DNA of 64,000 nucleotides from Nevskiaceae bacterium (GCA_024234075.1 JACKOV010000003.1:226673-290672); one strand, 5' to 3'. Numbered from the stretch's first letter, positions 11,691 to 19,955 are shown. Notes: generated by a model not told the origin, from the sequence alone. Made by a program: numbers and translations.

Positions 11691-12188
11691 ATGAGCCTGT
11701 CGCGCGCATTCCGGCATCTGCTCGCCACCCGTTGGGCGACCCGGCGGCATTTCACCGATGCGACGCTGGCGGCGATCGAAACGGCCGTGCACGAAGTCGA
11801 GTCCCGGCACGCGGGCGAGATCCGTTTCGCGGTCGAAACCTCGCTCGATCTGCCGGAGCTTTGGTCGGGTCTCGGTGCACGGCAACGCGCCCTGCAGGTC
11901 TTCAGCCAGCTCGGCGTCTGGGACACTGCGGCCAACAACGGCGTGCTGATCTACGTGCTCATGGCCGATCGCGACGTCGAAATCGTTGCCGACCGTGCGA
12001 TTGCCGCCCGGGTCGGTGCTGCGGAATGGGATGGTGTCTGCCGCGAGATCGAGGACCACTATCGCGCCGGTCGCTATGCCGAAGGGTCGGTGGCCGCCGT
12101 GACGGCGGTCGGCCGGCTGCTGGCGCGGCATTTCCCCGCCCAGGGTGGCGAACGCAACGAGCTGCCGAATCAGCCGGTCTTGCTGTAA
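11691..12188 (+). CDS. TPM-domain protein (second, cytoplasmic-type)
   Basis: HAGEIRFAVETSLD ... NNGVLIYVLMADRDVEIVADRAI ... matches the TPM-domain pattern. It is the third gene of the conserved lemA-TPM-TPM arrangement. Confidence 0.85.
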   Translation: MSLSRAFRHLLATRWATRRHFTDATLAAIETAVHEVESRHAGEIRFAVETSLDLPELWSGLGARQRALQVFSQLGVWDTAANNGVLIYVLMADRDVEIVADRAIAARVGAAEWDGVCREIEDHYRAGRYAEGSVAAVTAVGRLLARHFPAQGGERNELPNQPVLL

Positions 12189-12266
12189 CGGAGCCGCCCC
12201 GCTGTAGCCGATCGGCGACAGTTCGATGCGGGGACGCTTCCGGACGGTGGTGCCATAATCGGGCAC

Positions 12267-13478
12267 ATGAACGTTCGCCACTCTGCTTTGCTGCGCACGA
12301 TCTCGCTGGCATTCCCAGCGTTGCTGCTCTCAGCCTGTTCGCTGCTCAATGGTGCGGGTCAGCCAGCCGAGCCCGAGCCGTTGCCGCCGGCGGCGCCACC
12401 GATCCCGGAGCCGGTTGCGACCCATCGCTACGAGATCGATCCGGAGCGCGAGGACGTGATCGGCCAGATCCAGGTGGTCAAGGCCAACCACGAAGACACG
12501 CTGACCGACATCGCGCGCCGCTTCAACGTCGGTTACGAAGAACTGGTCCGTGCCAATCCGGGCGTCGATCCGTGGCTGCCGGGCGAGGGTCGCGAGATCG
12601 TGGTGCCGTCGCAGTTCATCCTGCCGAATGCGCCGCGCGAAGGGCTGGTGATCAACTCGGCGGCGATGCGCCTGTTCTATTTCCCCAAGCGCAAGTCGGG
12701 CGAGAAGCAGGTCGTCTATACCCATCCGATCGGCATCGGCAAAGTGGGCTGGAAAACGCCCGAGGGCACGACCAAGGTCGTGCGCAAGGCCAAGGATCCG
12801 ACCTGGCGTCCCGGTCCGGGAGTGCGCGCCGAGCACAAGAAAAACGGCGAGATCCTGCCGGCCGTCGTGCCGCCGGGGCCCGACAATCCGCTGGGCACGC
12901 GCGCCATGTACCTCGGCTGGCCGTCGTATCTGATCCACGGCACCAACAAGCCCGCCGGCGTCGGCTTGCGCTCCAGCCATGGCTGCATCCGCCTGTTCCC
13001 GGAAGACGTCGAGTTCATCTACGAGATGGTGCAGGTCGGCGACAAGGTCACCGTGGTCAACCAGCCGTTCGTGTTCGGCTGGCACGACGAGCAGCTCTAC
13101 CTGCAGGCCTACGACGTGCTCGAAGACGATCCGCGCGATTGGCAGAAGGCACAGAAGAAACTGATCTCCCGTTCGCTGGCGCAACGCATCCAGGCGCAGC
13201 TCAAGTCGCGTGCCGAGGCGATCAACTGGGAGGCGGTTGCCAAACTCGCGCACGAGCCGCGCGGCATCCCGGTGTCGGTGTCGGCGGCCGAGGCGTCGAT
13301 CGAGCAGGTGCTGGCGGCGGCCCCGCGCGTGCAGAACCGTGTACCTGCCGGTGCGACCTGGGACGGTCGCTCCGGGCTGCCGGCCGACGATCAACAGAGC
13401 TTCCAGCAGCTGCTGTCCGACAGCGATCCCGACGCGCCGTCGAGCTCGGCGACGCGCGGCGCCCCACCGCGCACCTGA
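12267..13478 (+). CDS. L,D-transpeptidase (LysM + YkuD domains), lipoprotein
   Basis: Lipobox LLLSAC. LysM-like segment (VKANHEDTLTDIARRFNVGYEELVRANP). YkuD catalytic motif IHGTNKPAGVGLRSSHGCIRL. Confidence 0.9.
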   Translation: MNVRHSALLRTISLAFPALLLSACSLLNGAGQPAEPEPLPPAAPPIPEPVATHRYEIDPEREDVIGQIQVVKANHEDTLTDIARRFNVGYEELVRANPGVDPWLPGEGREIVVPSQFILPNAPREGLVINSAAMRLFYFPKRKSGEKQVVYTHPIGIGKVGWKTPEGTTKVVRKAKDPTWRPGPGVRAEHKKNGEILPAVVPPGPDNPLGTRAMYLGWPSYLIHGTNKPAGVGLRSSHGCIRLFPEDVEFIYEMVQVGDKVTVVNQPFVFGWHDEQLYLQAYDVLEDDPRDWQKAQKKLISRSLAQRIQAQLKSRAEAINWEAVAKLAHEPRGIPVSVSAAEASIEQVLAAAPRVQNRVPAGATWDGRSGLPADDQQSFQQLLSDSDPDAPSSSATRGAPPRT

Positions 13479-13494
13479 GCGCCGGGTTCCTCTT

Positions 13495-15387
13495 GTGTCG
13501 TTGCTGCGGGCACGCTGGGCCGTGACGGTCATGTTGCTTGCCGCTGCCGGGTTCGGTGTCGGCGGTGCGCTCGCCGCGGTCGCCGATCCGCATTCCCTGG
13601 CCAATCTCGACGCGTTTCGCGTCCGTCACCTCGATCTGTCCCTCGAGGTCGATTTCAAGGCGCGGCGCCTCTCCGGCACGGTCGACCTGCAGGTCGAGCG
13701 GCTCGATGCGGCCGCCGCCGAGCTGGTGCTCGACAGCCACGATCTGGTGATCCGGCAGGTCTGGTGGCTGGTCGGTGGCCAACCGGAGCGCGAACTGTCG
13801 TTCGCCAAAGGCGCGGCGGTGCCCTCGCTGGGCGAGCCGCTGCGGATCGGCGTGCCGACCGGTGTCCGTGGCGAGACTTTTGGCGTACGGATTTCGTACC
13901 AGACTTCGCCCGAGGCCGGCGGCCTGCAATGGCTCGAACCGGCCCAGACTGCCGGCCGCGTCGCGCCGTTCCTGTTTTCGCAATCGCAATCGATCTATGC
14001 GCGCAGCTGGATTCCGCTGCAGGACTCGCCGTCGGTGCGCGCCACCTTCACGGCGCGGGTGCATGTGCCGCCGGGCCTGCGCGCCGTCATGGGCGCAAGC
14101 AATGCGCTCACGGCCTCGACCGATGGCTGGTACCACTTCGAGATGCCGCAACCGATCCCGTCCTATCTGATGGCGATTGCGGCCGGCCGGCTCGATGTGC
14201 GTGAAATCGGCCCGCGGACCGCGGTGTTCGCCGAGCCGGAGGTGGTCGCCGAGGCTGCTTACGAATTTGCCGACACCGAGCGCATGATCGAGGCCTGCGA
14301 ACGGCTCTACGGGCCGTATCGCTGGGGCCGTTACGACCTGCTGATCCTGCCGCCGTCGTTCCCCTACGGCGGCATGGAGAATCCGCGGCTGTCCTTCATC
14401 ACGCCGACCTTGCTGGCCGGCGATCGCAGCCTGGTTGCCACCATCGCCCACGAGCTGGCGCATTCCTGGTCCGGCAATCTGGTCACGAATGCAACCTGGC
14501 GCGACTTCTGGCTCAACGAGGGTTTCACGACCTTCCTCGAACGACGGATCGTCGGTGCCTTGTACGGTGCGTCCCTCGAGGCCATGGAACAGGATCTCGG
14601 CCTGCAATCGCTGCGCCGTCAGCTTGCCGGCCTGCCGCCGCGCTCCCAGGTGCTGGCGATCGATCTGCGTGGCCGCAGCCCGGAGGAGGGCACGACCGAC
14701 GTGCCCTACGAAAAGGGCCGCTTGTTCCTCGACTGGATCGAGTCGCGGATCGGCGTGGCGGCGCTCGATGGGCTGTTGCGCGACTGGTTCGAGTCGCGGG
14801 CGTTCCAGTCGGCCTCGACCGAGGAGTTCCGCGATTTCCTGCTGACGCGGGCCGCAACCCTCGCACCCGGTGCGCTCGATGTGGCACAGGTTGACGAATG
14901 GCTCTACCAGCCGGGCCTGCCGGCGTTCGCGGTGCTGAAGACCTCGGATGTGCTGGCGCGCATCGACGCGCAACGCGAGGACTGGCTGGCCGGGCGCAGC
15001 ACGCTGGACAGCCTGCCGGTGACTCAGTGGCGCACCCAGGAGTGGCTGCACTTCCTCGACGGCATGCCCGCCGATCTGTCGCGCGAGCGCGCCGCGCAGC
15101 TCGAAACGCAGTTCGGGCTGAACGGAGTGCGCAATGCCGAGATCGCCTTCAGCTGGCTGCGGATCGCGATCCGTGCCGACTATCGGCCGGCGTGGCCGCG
15201 GCTCGAGGAATACCTGGTGAGCATCGGTCGGCGCAAACTGATCTGGCCGCTGTATTCGCTGCTGGTGAAGACACCGGACGGCCGCGCGTTTGCGCAGCAG
15301 GTCTATGCCAGGGCACGGCCGGGCTATCACCCGATTGCGGCCGCGTCGCTGGATCCACTGATTCTGGGGAAGGCGAGCACACCATGA
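13495..15387 (+). CDS. M1 family aminopeptidase (leukotriene A4 hydrolase-like)
   Basis: HELAHSWSGNLVTNATWRDFWLNEGFTTFLE is HExxH-x18-E, and GGMENP is the GxMEN motif. An LTA4H-like C-terminal domain follows. Start set at GTG 13495, which gives a signal-like N-terminus; the ORF is open from 13210. Confidence 0.9.
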   Translation: MSLLRARWAVTVMLLAAAGFGVGGALAAVADPHSLANLDAFRVRHLDLSLEVDFKARRLSGTVDLQVERLDAAAAELVLDSHDLVIRQVWWLVGGQPERELSFAKGAAVPSLGEPLRIGVPTGVRGETFGVRISYQTSPEAGGLQWLEPAQTAGRVAPFLFSQSQSIYARSWIPLQDSPSVRATFTARVHVPPGLRAVMGASNALTASTDGWYHFEMPQPIPSYLMAIAAGRLDVREIGPRTAVFAEPEVVAEAAYEFADTERMIEACERLYGPYRWGRYDLLILPPSFPYGGMENPRLSFITPTLLAGDRSLVATIAHELAHSWSGNLVTNATWRDFWLNEGFTTFLERRIVGALYGASLEAMEQDLGLQSLRRQLAGLPPRSQVLAIDLRGRSPEEGTTDVPYEKGRLFLDWIESRIGVAALDGLLRDWFESRAFQSASTEEFRDFLLTRAATLAPGALDVAQVDEWLYQPGLPAFAVLKTSDVLARIDAQREDWLAGRSTLDSLPVTQWRTQEWLHFLDGMPADLSRERAAQLETQFGLNGVRNAEIAFSWLRIAIRADYRPAWPRLEEYLVSIGRRKLIWPLYSLLVKTPDGRAFAQQVYARARPGYHPIAAASLDPLILGKASTP

Positions 15388-15439
15388 GACCGGAGCCGGC
15401 GCGGGTGCCAGCTCCGGTGCCGCAGCCGCAGCCGGCGCG

Positions 15440-15550
15440 TCCGAGGAGGGCGGGGTCGCTTTCGGTGCGCACGTCGGCGGGTTCATCGCCGGGATGGTGC
15501 TGATACCGGTCTTCAAGTATTCGCACATCCCCTTGCTGCAGCGGCAGTGA
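15440..15550 (+). pseudogene. C-terminal remnant of a rhomboid family intramembrane protease
   Basis: The frame ending at TGA 15548-15550 reads ...EEGGVAFGAHVGGFIAGMVLIPVFKYSHIPLLQRQ. AHxGGFxxG is the catalytic-His helix of rhomboids. There is no in-frame start, and upstream the frame runs into the M1 peptidase gene. Confidence 0.55.
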
Positions 15551-15564
15551 GTGGCTTGTTCACG

Positions 15565-15633
15565 CGTCGTACCACGACGATCGAAGCGTGGTAGATTCCG
15601 CGCCACATCAACCTGTGGCGCCATCGTGGTAGA
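15565..15633 (+). repeat. nested inverted and direct repeats in the sheath-gene leader
   Basis: CGTCGT-ACC-ACGACG (15565-15579). TACCACG (15570-15576) is complementary to CGTGGTA at both 15587-15593 and 15625-15631. GCGCCACA-N6-TGTGGCGC (15600-15621). CGTGGTAGA is a direct repeat at 15587 and 15625, and the second copy contains the putative GTG start. Confidence 0.6.
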
Positions 15634-17269
15634 AGCGCTTTCGTACGATTTGCTCCCTGAATCACTGGCGCCTGCCGGTTCGCAAGGCGCCATCGAGCGG
15701 GCATCCACCGGCGTTACCGCATTCGTCGGCCGAACGCTCAAAGGCCCGGTCGACGAGCCGCGGGTCGTCGAGAGCTATGCGGACTATCAGCGCCTGTTCG
15801 GCGGCCTCTGGCAGCCGTCGACGCTCTCCTACGCGATCGAGCAGTATTTCGAGAACGGCGGTCGACGCGCGATCGTCGTGCGCGTGGTCAACGGCGGGCG
15901 ACCCCCGACGATCAGCTTGCCGGCCGAGGGCGGTGGCGCGCTGCAGCTCGTCGGCCTGTCGCCGGGCTCGCGCGAGCATCTGCGCGCTTCGGTCGACTAC
16001 GACGGCATCCCGGCGGGCGAGCACGACTGCTTCAATCTCGTGCTGCAGCGGGTCGGCGGGCCAGGCGCCGGATCGGGGCTGGTCGAAGAGCAGGAAATCC
16101 ATCGCCGCGTATCCGTGCGGCCGGATGCGAGCCGCTACGTCGTCGAACAGCTCGCCCAGTCGCGGCTGGCACGGGTCTGCGGTACGCCGCCGGCCACCCG
16201 GCCGGAGCTGCCGCCGCCGGCCGTGCCCGGCGGGTTGGTCGGTTATCGTCTGGCCAACAACGACGGCGACGACGGCCTGCCGCTGACCGACTACGACCTG
16301 ATCGGCTCGGCGCAGGCGGGCACGGGTCTGTTCGCGCTGGCGCGCGCGCCAGCGTTCGGCCTGTTGTGCATTCCGCCGCTGAGCCGCGAGCAGGATGTCG
16401 GCGCGAGCACGCTGCTGGTGGCGGCGCGGTTCTGCCACGAGCGCCAGGCCATGCTGGTGGTCGATCCGCCGCGGGAGTGGGACATACCGGCAGCCGCGCT
16501 GGCGGGCAGCCGCGACTGGCCGTTCCGCGCCGACAACGCGGTGATGTATTTCCCGCGGCTGATCGCGCCGGATCGCCTGCGCGGTCGCGACGAGGTCTTC
16601 GCTGCCTGCGGCGCCGTCGCCGGCATGCTGGCGCGGACCGACGAAATCGCGCCGCCTTGGGTGCCGATCGAGCGCGATGCGGTGATGCTGCGGCCGCGGT
16701 TCCGTCCTGCCTGTGCGGTCGACGATGCCGTTCGGGCGCGGCTGCTGCAGGCCGGCATCAACACCCTGACCGCGATCCGCATCGCGCACCGCGAGCCGGA
16801 TACGCCGCGGACGCTGGCTACCGGCAATGTGGTCGCGACCGACTGGCGCTATCTGCCGGCGCGGCGTCTCGCGCTCTGCCTGGCGCAGTCGATCGTCGCC
16901 GGCACACGCTGGATGCTGCTTGCACACAACGGTGAACGGACCTGGCAGGCCGCCCGGGCACAGGTCGAGGCTTTTCTCGAAACCTTCGCGCAGCAGGCGG
17001 CGTTTCCGGCCGCCGAGGGCCAGCAGGAGTACTTCGTGGTCTGCGACGCGCGGCTCAACGATGCTGCGGCGCTGGCCGCCGGCCGGATCGCGCTGCTCTA
17101 TGGCTATGCTGCGGCGCGCGCCGGCGAATACCACGCTTTCCTGGTCACCCATCGCACCGCCGGCAGCCAGGTGCGCAGCGTTTCGGTCAACCGGTTCGCC
17201 ACCTCGGGGCGTCGGGTCGAGGAAGAGATCGAGACCGCCTTGCTGCGCGGCCTGGCCGTCGTCGCCTGA
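15626..17269 (+). CDS. contractile tail/injection-system sheath family protein (orphan)
   Basis: N-terminus ...STGVTAFVGRTLKGPVDEPRVVESYADYQRLFGG...YAIEQYFENGGRRAIVVRV and C-terminus ...WRYLPARRLALCLAQSIVAGTRWMLLAHNGERTWQAARAQVEAFLETFAQQAAF...EYFVVCDARLND follow the phage tail sheath pattern. Start at GTG 15626 by analogy with sheath N-termini; the ORF is open from 15551. Confidence 0.75.
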   Translation: MVEALSYDLLPESLAPAGSQGAIERASTGVTAFVGRTLKGPVDEPRVVESYADYQRLFGGLWQPSTLSYAIEQYFENGGRRAIVVRVVNGGRPPTISLPAEGGGALQLVGLSPGSREHLRASVDYDGIPAGEHDCFNLVLQRVGGPGAGSGLVEEQEIHRRVSVRPDASRYVVEQLAQSRLARVCGTPPATRPELPPPAVPGGLVGYRLANNDGDDGLPLTDYDLIGSAQAGTGLFALARAPAFGLLCIPPLSREQDVGASTLLVAARFCHERQAMLVVDPPREWDIPAAALAGSRDWPFRADNAVMYFPRLIAPDRLRGRDEVFAACGAVAGMLARTDEIAPPWVPIERDAVMLRPRFRPACAVDDAVRARLLQAGINTLTAIRIAHREPDTPRTLATGNVVATDWRYLPARRLALCLAQSIVAGTRWMLLAHNGERTWQAARAQVEAFLETFAQQAAFPAAEGQQEYFVVCDARLNDAAALAAGRIALLYGYAAARAGEYHAFLVTHRTAGSQVRSVSVNRFATSGRRVEEEIETALLRGLAVVA

Positions 17270-17302
17270 GCGGCTGTCGGACGCGGACGATTCCCGTTCG
17301 GT

Positions 17303-17911
17303 TCAGGCTGCGTCGCGCTTGGTCTCGCCGGTGCCTGCCGCACCGCGTGCTCGGCCGCGACCCTGGCGCAGGCCGGTGGCATTGCGGGGCGAGACGTACA
17401 TCGTGATCACGGCCCGTACGACTTCCTCGCCGTTGGCGTCCACGACCGTCACCGGCACACCGACGTTGCCCGGGTCGCGCCACTCGTTCTTGTCGAGTCT
17501 CGCGGTCGCGGTGACGTCGCTGTCGGCCTTGCGCAGATACTCGATGGTCATGCCGCGGGGAATCCAGCGCATCGACTGAGGGATCGTGACCTCGGTGACC
17601 ATGCCGGCCGCCAGTTCGCAGAGATTGCCGATGGCCAGGGCGTGCACGGTGCCGAGATGATTCTCGACGGCGCGACGCTTCGGGATGGCGATGCGGCACA
17701 GAGCCGGTGCGAGTTCCAGGAAACGCGGTGCGATGGTCGCGAAATAGGGCGCGCGGCGGCAGACTGCGCGCGCAAACAGCCAGCGACCGAACCGGCTGCC
17801 GGCGCGCCGCTGCCACTGTTGCAGCACTGGCGCGACCGCGGTCGCGCTGGTGGTGGTGAGCCAGTCGATCTGTGCTGCGGGAACGGCGCTGGGGCTATCG
17901 GTCATGAGCAA
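17303..17911 (-). CDS. hotdog-fold thioesterase-like protein (DUF4442/PaaI-like)
   Basis: NHLGTVHALAIGNLCELAAGM ... RWIPRGMTIEYLRKA ... VTVVDANGEEVVRAVITMYVS is a typical hotdog helix-plus-sheet pattern. Confidence 0.7.
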   Translation of the reverse strand: MLMTDSPSAVPAAQIDWLTTTSATAVAPVLQQWQRRAGSRFGRWLFARAVCRRAPYFATIAPRFLELAPALCRIAIPKRRAVENHLGTVHALAIGNLCELAAGMVTEVTIPQSMRWIPRGMTIEYLRKADSDVTATARLDKNEWRDPGNVGVPVTVVDANGEEVVRAVITMYVSPRNATGLRQGRGRARGAAGTGETKRDAA

Positions 17912-18062
17912 CCGGAAATGGCAACAGTCGTGCGAGCAACCCGACTCTAGAACAGCAGCGCGCGACGTTGCAATGCGATCTGGTCTTGGTGCCAGAAACG
18001 ATCCACGCCATGGCGTTCAGGCGTTATCGTAGGCCGATCTGCCACGCCAGGGGCCATGTCCG

Positions 18063-18914
18063 ATGCCACGGCCACACGTCGAGTTCCTGCATGCCCAGCA
18101 ACTGCTCTGGACAGCCGCAGCGTTTGCCGGTGCCGGCTGGCGCGGCGTCGAAGTCAAGGTGCTGAGCCGCGATCCCGGCGATGGCGCGTGCTCGGTGTTG
18201 CTGCGGCTGCCGGCGGGCTTCGTGCGCGGGCCGCATGCGCTGGCGGCTGCGCAGGAATGGTTGCTGCTCGATGGCGCGATGCAGCGCGGCTCGTTGCGCT
18301 ACGGCCTGGACGACTACGCCTGGCTGCCGGCCGGGCAGGTCACGGACGGCTGGTCGAGCGAGCGCGGCGCGATCCTGCTGGCTTTTTTCGATCGCGAACC
18401 GGCCTGGCTCGAAGCGGGCGCCGCGGCAGCCGCATTGCCGCTGCCGCCACCGATCGAGCGGATCGCCACCCACGACATGCCCTGGACCAGTCACGACATC
18501 GATCCGAGCGTGCAGTTCTTGCGCCTGACGCACAAGGTGCTGCGCCACGTGCCCGAGACCGGCGAGAAAACCCTGCTGCTCGCAACCGGTGCGCAGACCC
18601 ACCCGCGGGACTGGCGCGAAGCCCAGCTGGCGCACGATTGCGTCGAGGAGATGTACCTGCTGGGCGGAGACATCATCGGCGAGCGCGGCACCATGTACGA
18701 GGGCGCCTATTTCTGGCGTCCGCCGGGGCGTTGGCACGGGCCTTTCGGTTCGCGTCGCGGCAGCTTGTCGCTGATCCGGTTCTGCGAGGGACGGCACCAC
18801 AACGTCTGGTCCGAAGACCCGCGGCCGTTTTCGCTCGAGCCGATGCACGCGCCCGAGCTGCCACCGGAACAGCGCGCCCTGGCCGGGGCAGCCTGGGTGC
18901 CGCCGCGGTTCTGA
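18063..18914 (+). CDS. cupin-fold protein (two cupin-like halves, DUF4437/ChrR-like)
   Basis: 283 aa. Repeated beta-barrel-like segments (VEVKVLSRDP..CSVLLRLPAGF; EEMYLLGGDIIGERGTMYEGAYFWRPPGRWHGPF). Confidence 0.6.
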   Translation: MPRPHVEFLHAQQLLWTAAAFAGAGWRGVEVKVLSRDPGDGACSVLLRLPAGFVRGPHALAAAQEWLLLDGAMQRGSLRYGLDDYAWLPAGQVTDGWSSERGAILLAFFDREPAWLEAGAAAAALPLPPPIERIATHDMPWTSHDIDPSVQFLRLTHKVLRHVPETGEKTLLLATGAQTHPRDWREAQLAHDCVEEMYLLGGDIIGERGTMYEGAYFWRPPGRWHGPFGSRRGSLSLIRFCEGRHHNVWSEDPRPFSLEPMHAPELPPEQRALAGAAWVPPRF

Positions 18915-19379
18915 ATGCGACCGCGCCGCCGCGACACGGCGACGACTCCGACCGGAGCCGTGGCCAAGGGTAGTGCGCGCCGCCCCGCGCCGCCGCGCCG
19001 CAAACGCCAGGCCGCAGCGGCGGCCGAGTTGCCTGATCGCCCGCCGTTCACGGCGATCTGGCGGGCCGTGCGTGCGATCCCGGCGGGCGAGTGGGCCAGT
19101 TACGGCGAGGTCGCGCGCCGGGCCGGCCTGCCGCGCGGCGCGCGGCTGGTGGCCTTTGCGCTGAAACGCGCTCCGCAGGCACTGGACCTTCCCTGGCACC
19201 GGGTGCTCGGCGCCGACGGCCGCATTTCCTTGCCGCGCGGCTCGCGCGCCGCCGCCGAGCAGGTGCGGCGCCTCGTCCGTGAAGGGTTGCGCGTCGAGCG
19301 AGGCCGCGTCCGCCGCGCATCGGCTGCCGACGCTCGAACGGCGCTCGATGCTTTACTGTGGCGCGCGGATGGCGACTGA
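18915..19379 (+). CDS. alkyltransferase-like (ATL) protein of the MGMT family, catalytic Cys replaced by Trp
   Basis: FTAIWRAVRAIPAGEWASYGEVARRAGLPRGARLVAFAL...LPWHRVLGADGRISL. PWHRV stands in place of the MGMT PCHRV motif. Basic Arg/Pro/Ala-rich N-terminal tail. The start abuts the cupin stop (TGAATG). Confidence 0.8.
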   Translation: MRPRRRDTATTPTGAVAKGSARRPAPPRRKRQAAAAAELPDRPPFTAIWRAVRAIPAGEWASYGEVARRAGLPRGARLVAFALKRAPQALDLPWHRVLGADGRISLPRGSRAAAEQVRRLVREGLRVERGRVRRASAADARTALDALLWRADGD

Positions 19380-19427
19380 GCGCTGCGTTGCCTAGAATCG
19401 CGGCTCGGTCGAGCAGGATCATTCGTT

Positions 19428-19955
19428 TTGGCTACTTCCCGCTACTGCGTCTTTTCTCACGGCAAGGACTCCGAACCCTGGGGCAAGAAGATCATCGCCA
19501 TGGCCGAGACGGCCCGTAGCGAGGGTTATACGGTCGAGTCCATCGACTACCGCGGCCTCGACACCGTCGAGGGCCGCATCGCCAAGCTGGTCGATGGCTG
19601 CAAGAATCTGCAGGGCGAGCTGGTGCTGGTGGGCTCCAGTCTCGGCGGCTACGTGGCGACGGCCGCCTCGTCGTTCCTGCACGCGCGCGGCCTGTTCCTG
19701 CTGGCGCCGGCGTTCTACATGGACGGCCTGCCGCCGTTGCGGCCGCGGGTCGTCGACTGCCCGGTCGAGATCGTCCACGGCTGGCACGACGACGTCGTGC
19801 CGCTCGAGCACAGCTTGCGCTTCGCGCGCGAGTACGGCGCCGCATTGCACGTGCTGGACGACGACCACCGCCTGCACGGCTCCATCCGCCGCATCAAGCA
19901 CCTGTTCGAGTTCTTCCTGATTTCGGTCGATCTGCCGCCCGAGCTGGTCGCGTGA
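19428..19955 (+). CDS. alpha/beta hydrolase (YqiA/UPF0227-like esterase)
   Basis: 175 aa with the nucleophile elbow GSSLGG, a late Asp (WHDDVVP) and a late His (DDDHRL). Confidence 0.7.
   Translation: MATSRYCVFSHGKDSEPWGKKIIAMAETARSEGYTVESIDYRGLDTVEGRIAKLVDGCKNLQGELVLVGSSLGGYVATAASSFLHARGLFLLAPAFYMDGLPPLRPRVVDCPVEIVHGWHDDVVPLEHSLRFAREYGAALHVLDDDHRLHGSIRRIKHLFEFFLISVDLPPELVA

Noticed and set aside
8009-11938. 1309-aa minus-strand ORF spanning the M13 peptidase, lemA and TPM genes
   Set aside because: It is Arg/Pro/Gly/Ala-rich with no recognisable domains. It lies antisense to four well-supported genes with motif-level evidence. This is a typical shadow ORF of high-GC DNA.
14898-15503. 201-aa ORF overlapping the 3' end of the M1 peptidase and the ATG at 15384 (MRPEPARVPAPVPQPQP…)
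   Set aside because: It is an out-of-frame, Pro/Arg/Ala-rich translation. The only meaningful reading of 15440-15550 is the rhomboid-tail frame.
15551-19955. Reading the sheath gene and its neighbours as a contractile injection system, T6SS or prophage
   Set aside because: Only the sheath-like gene fits. The neighbours are a thioesterase, a cupin, an ATL and an esterase. There is no tube, baseplate, spike, ATPase, integrase or att-like repeat.
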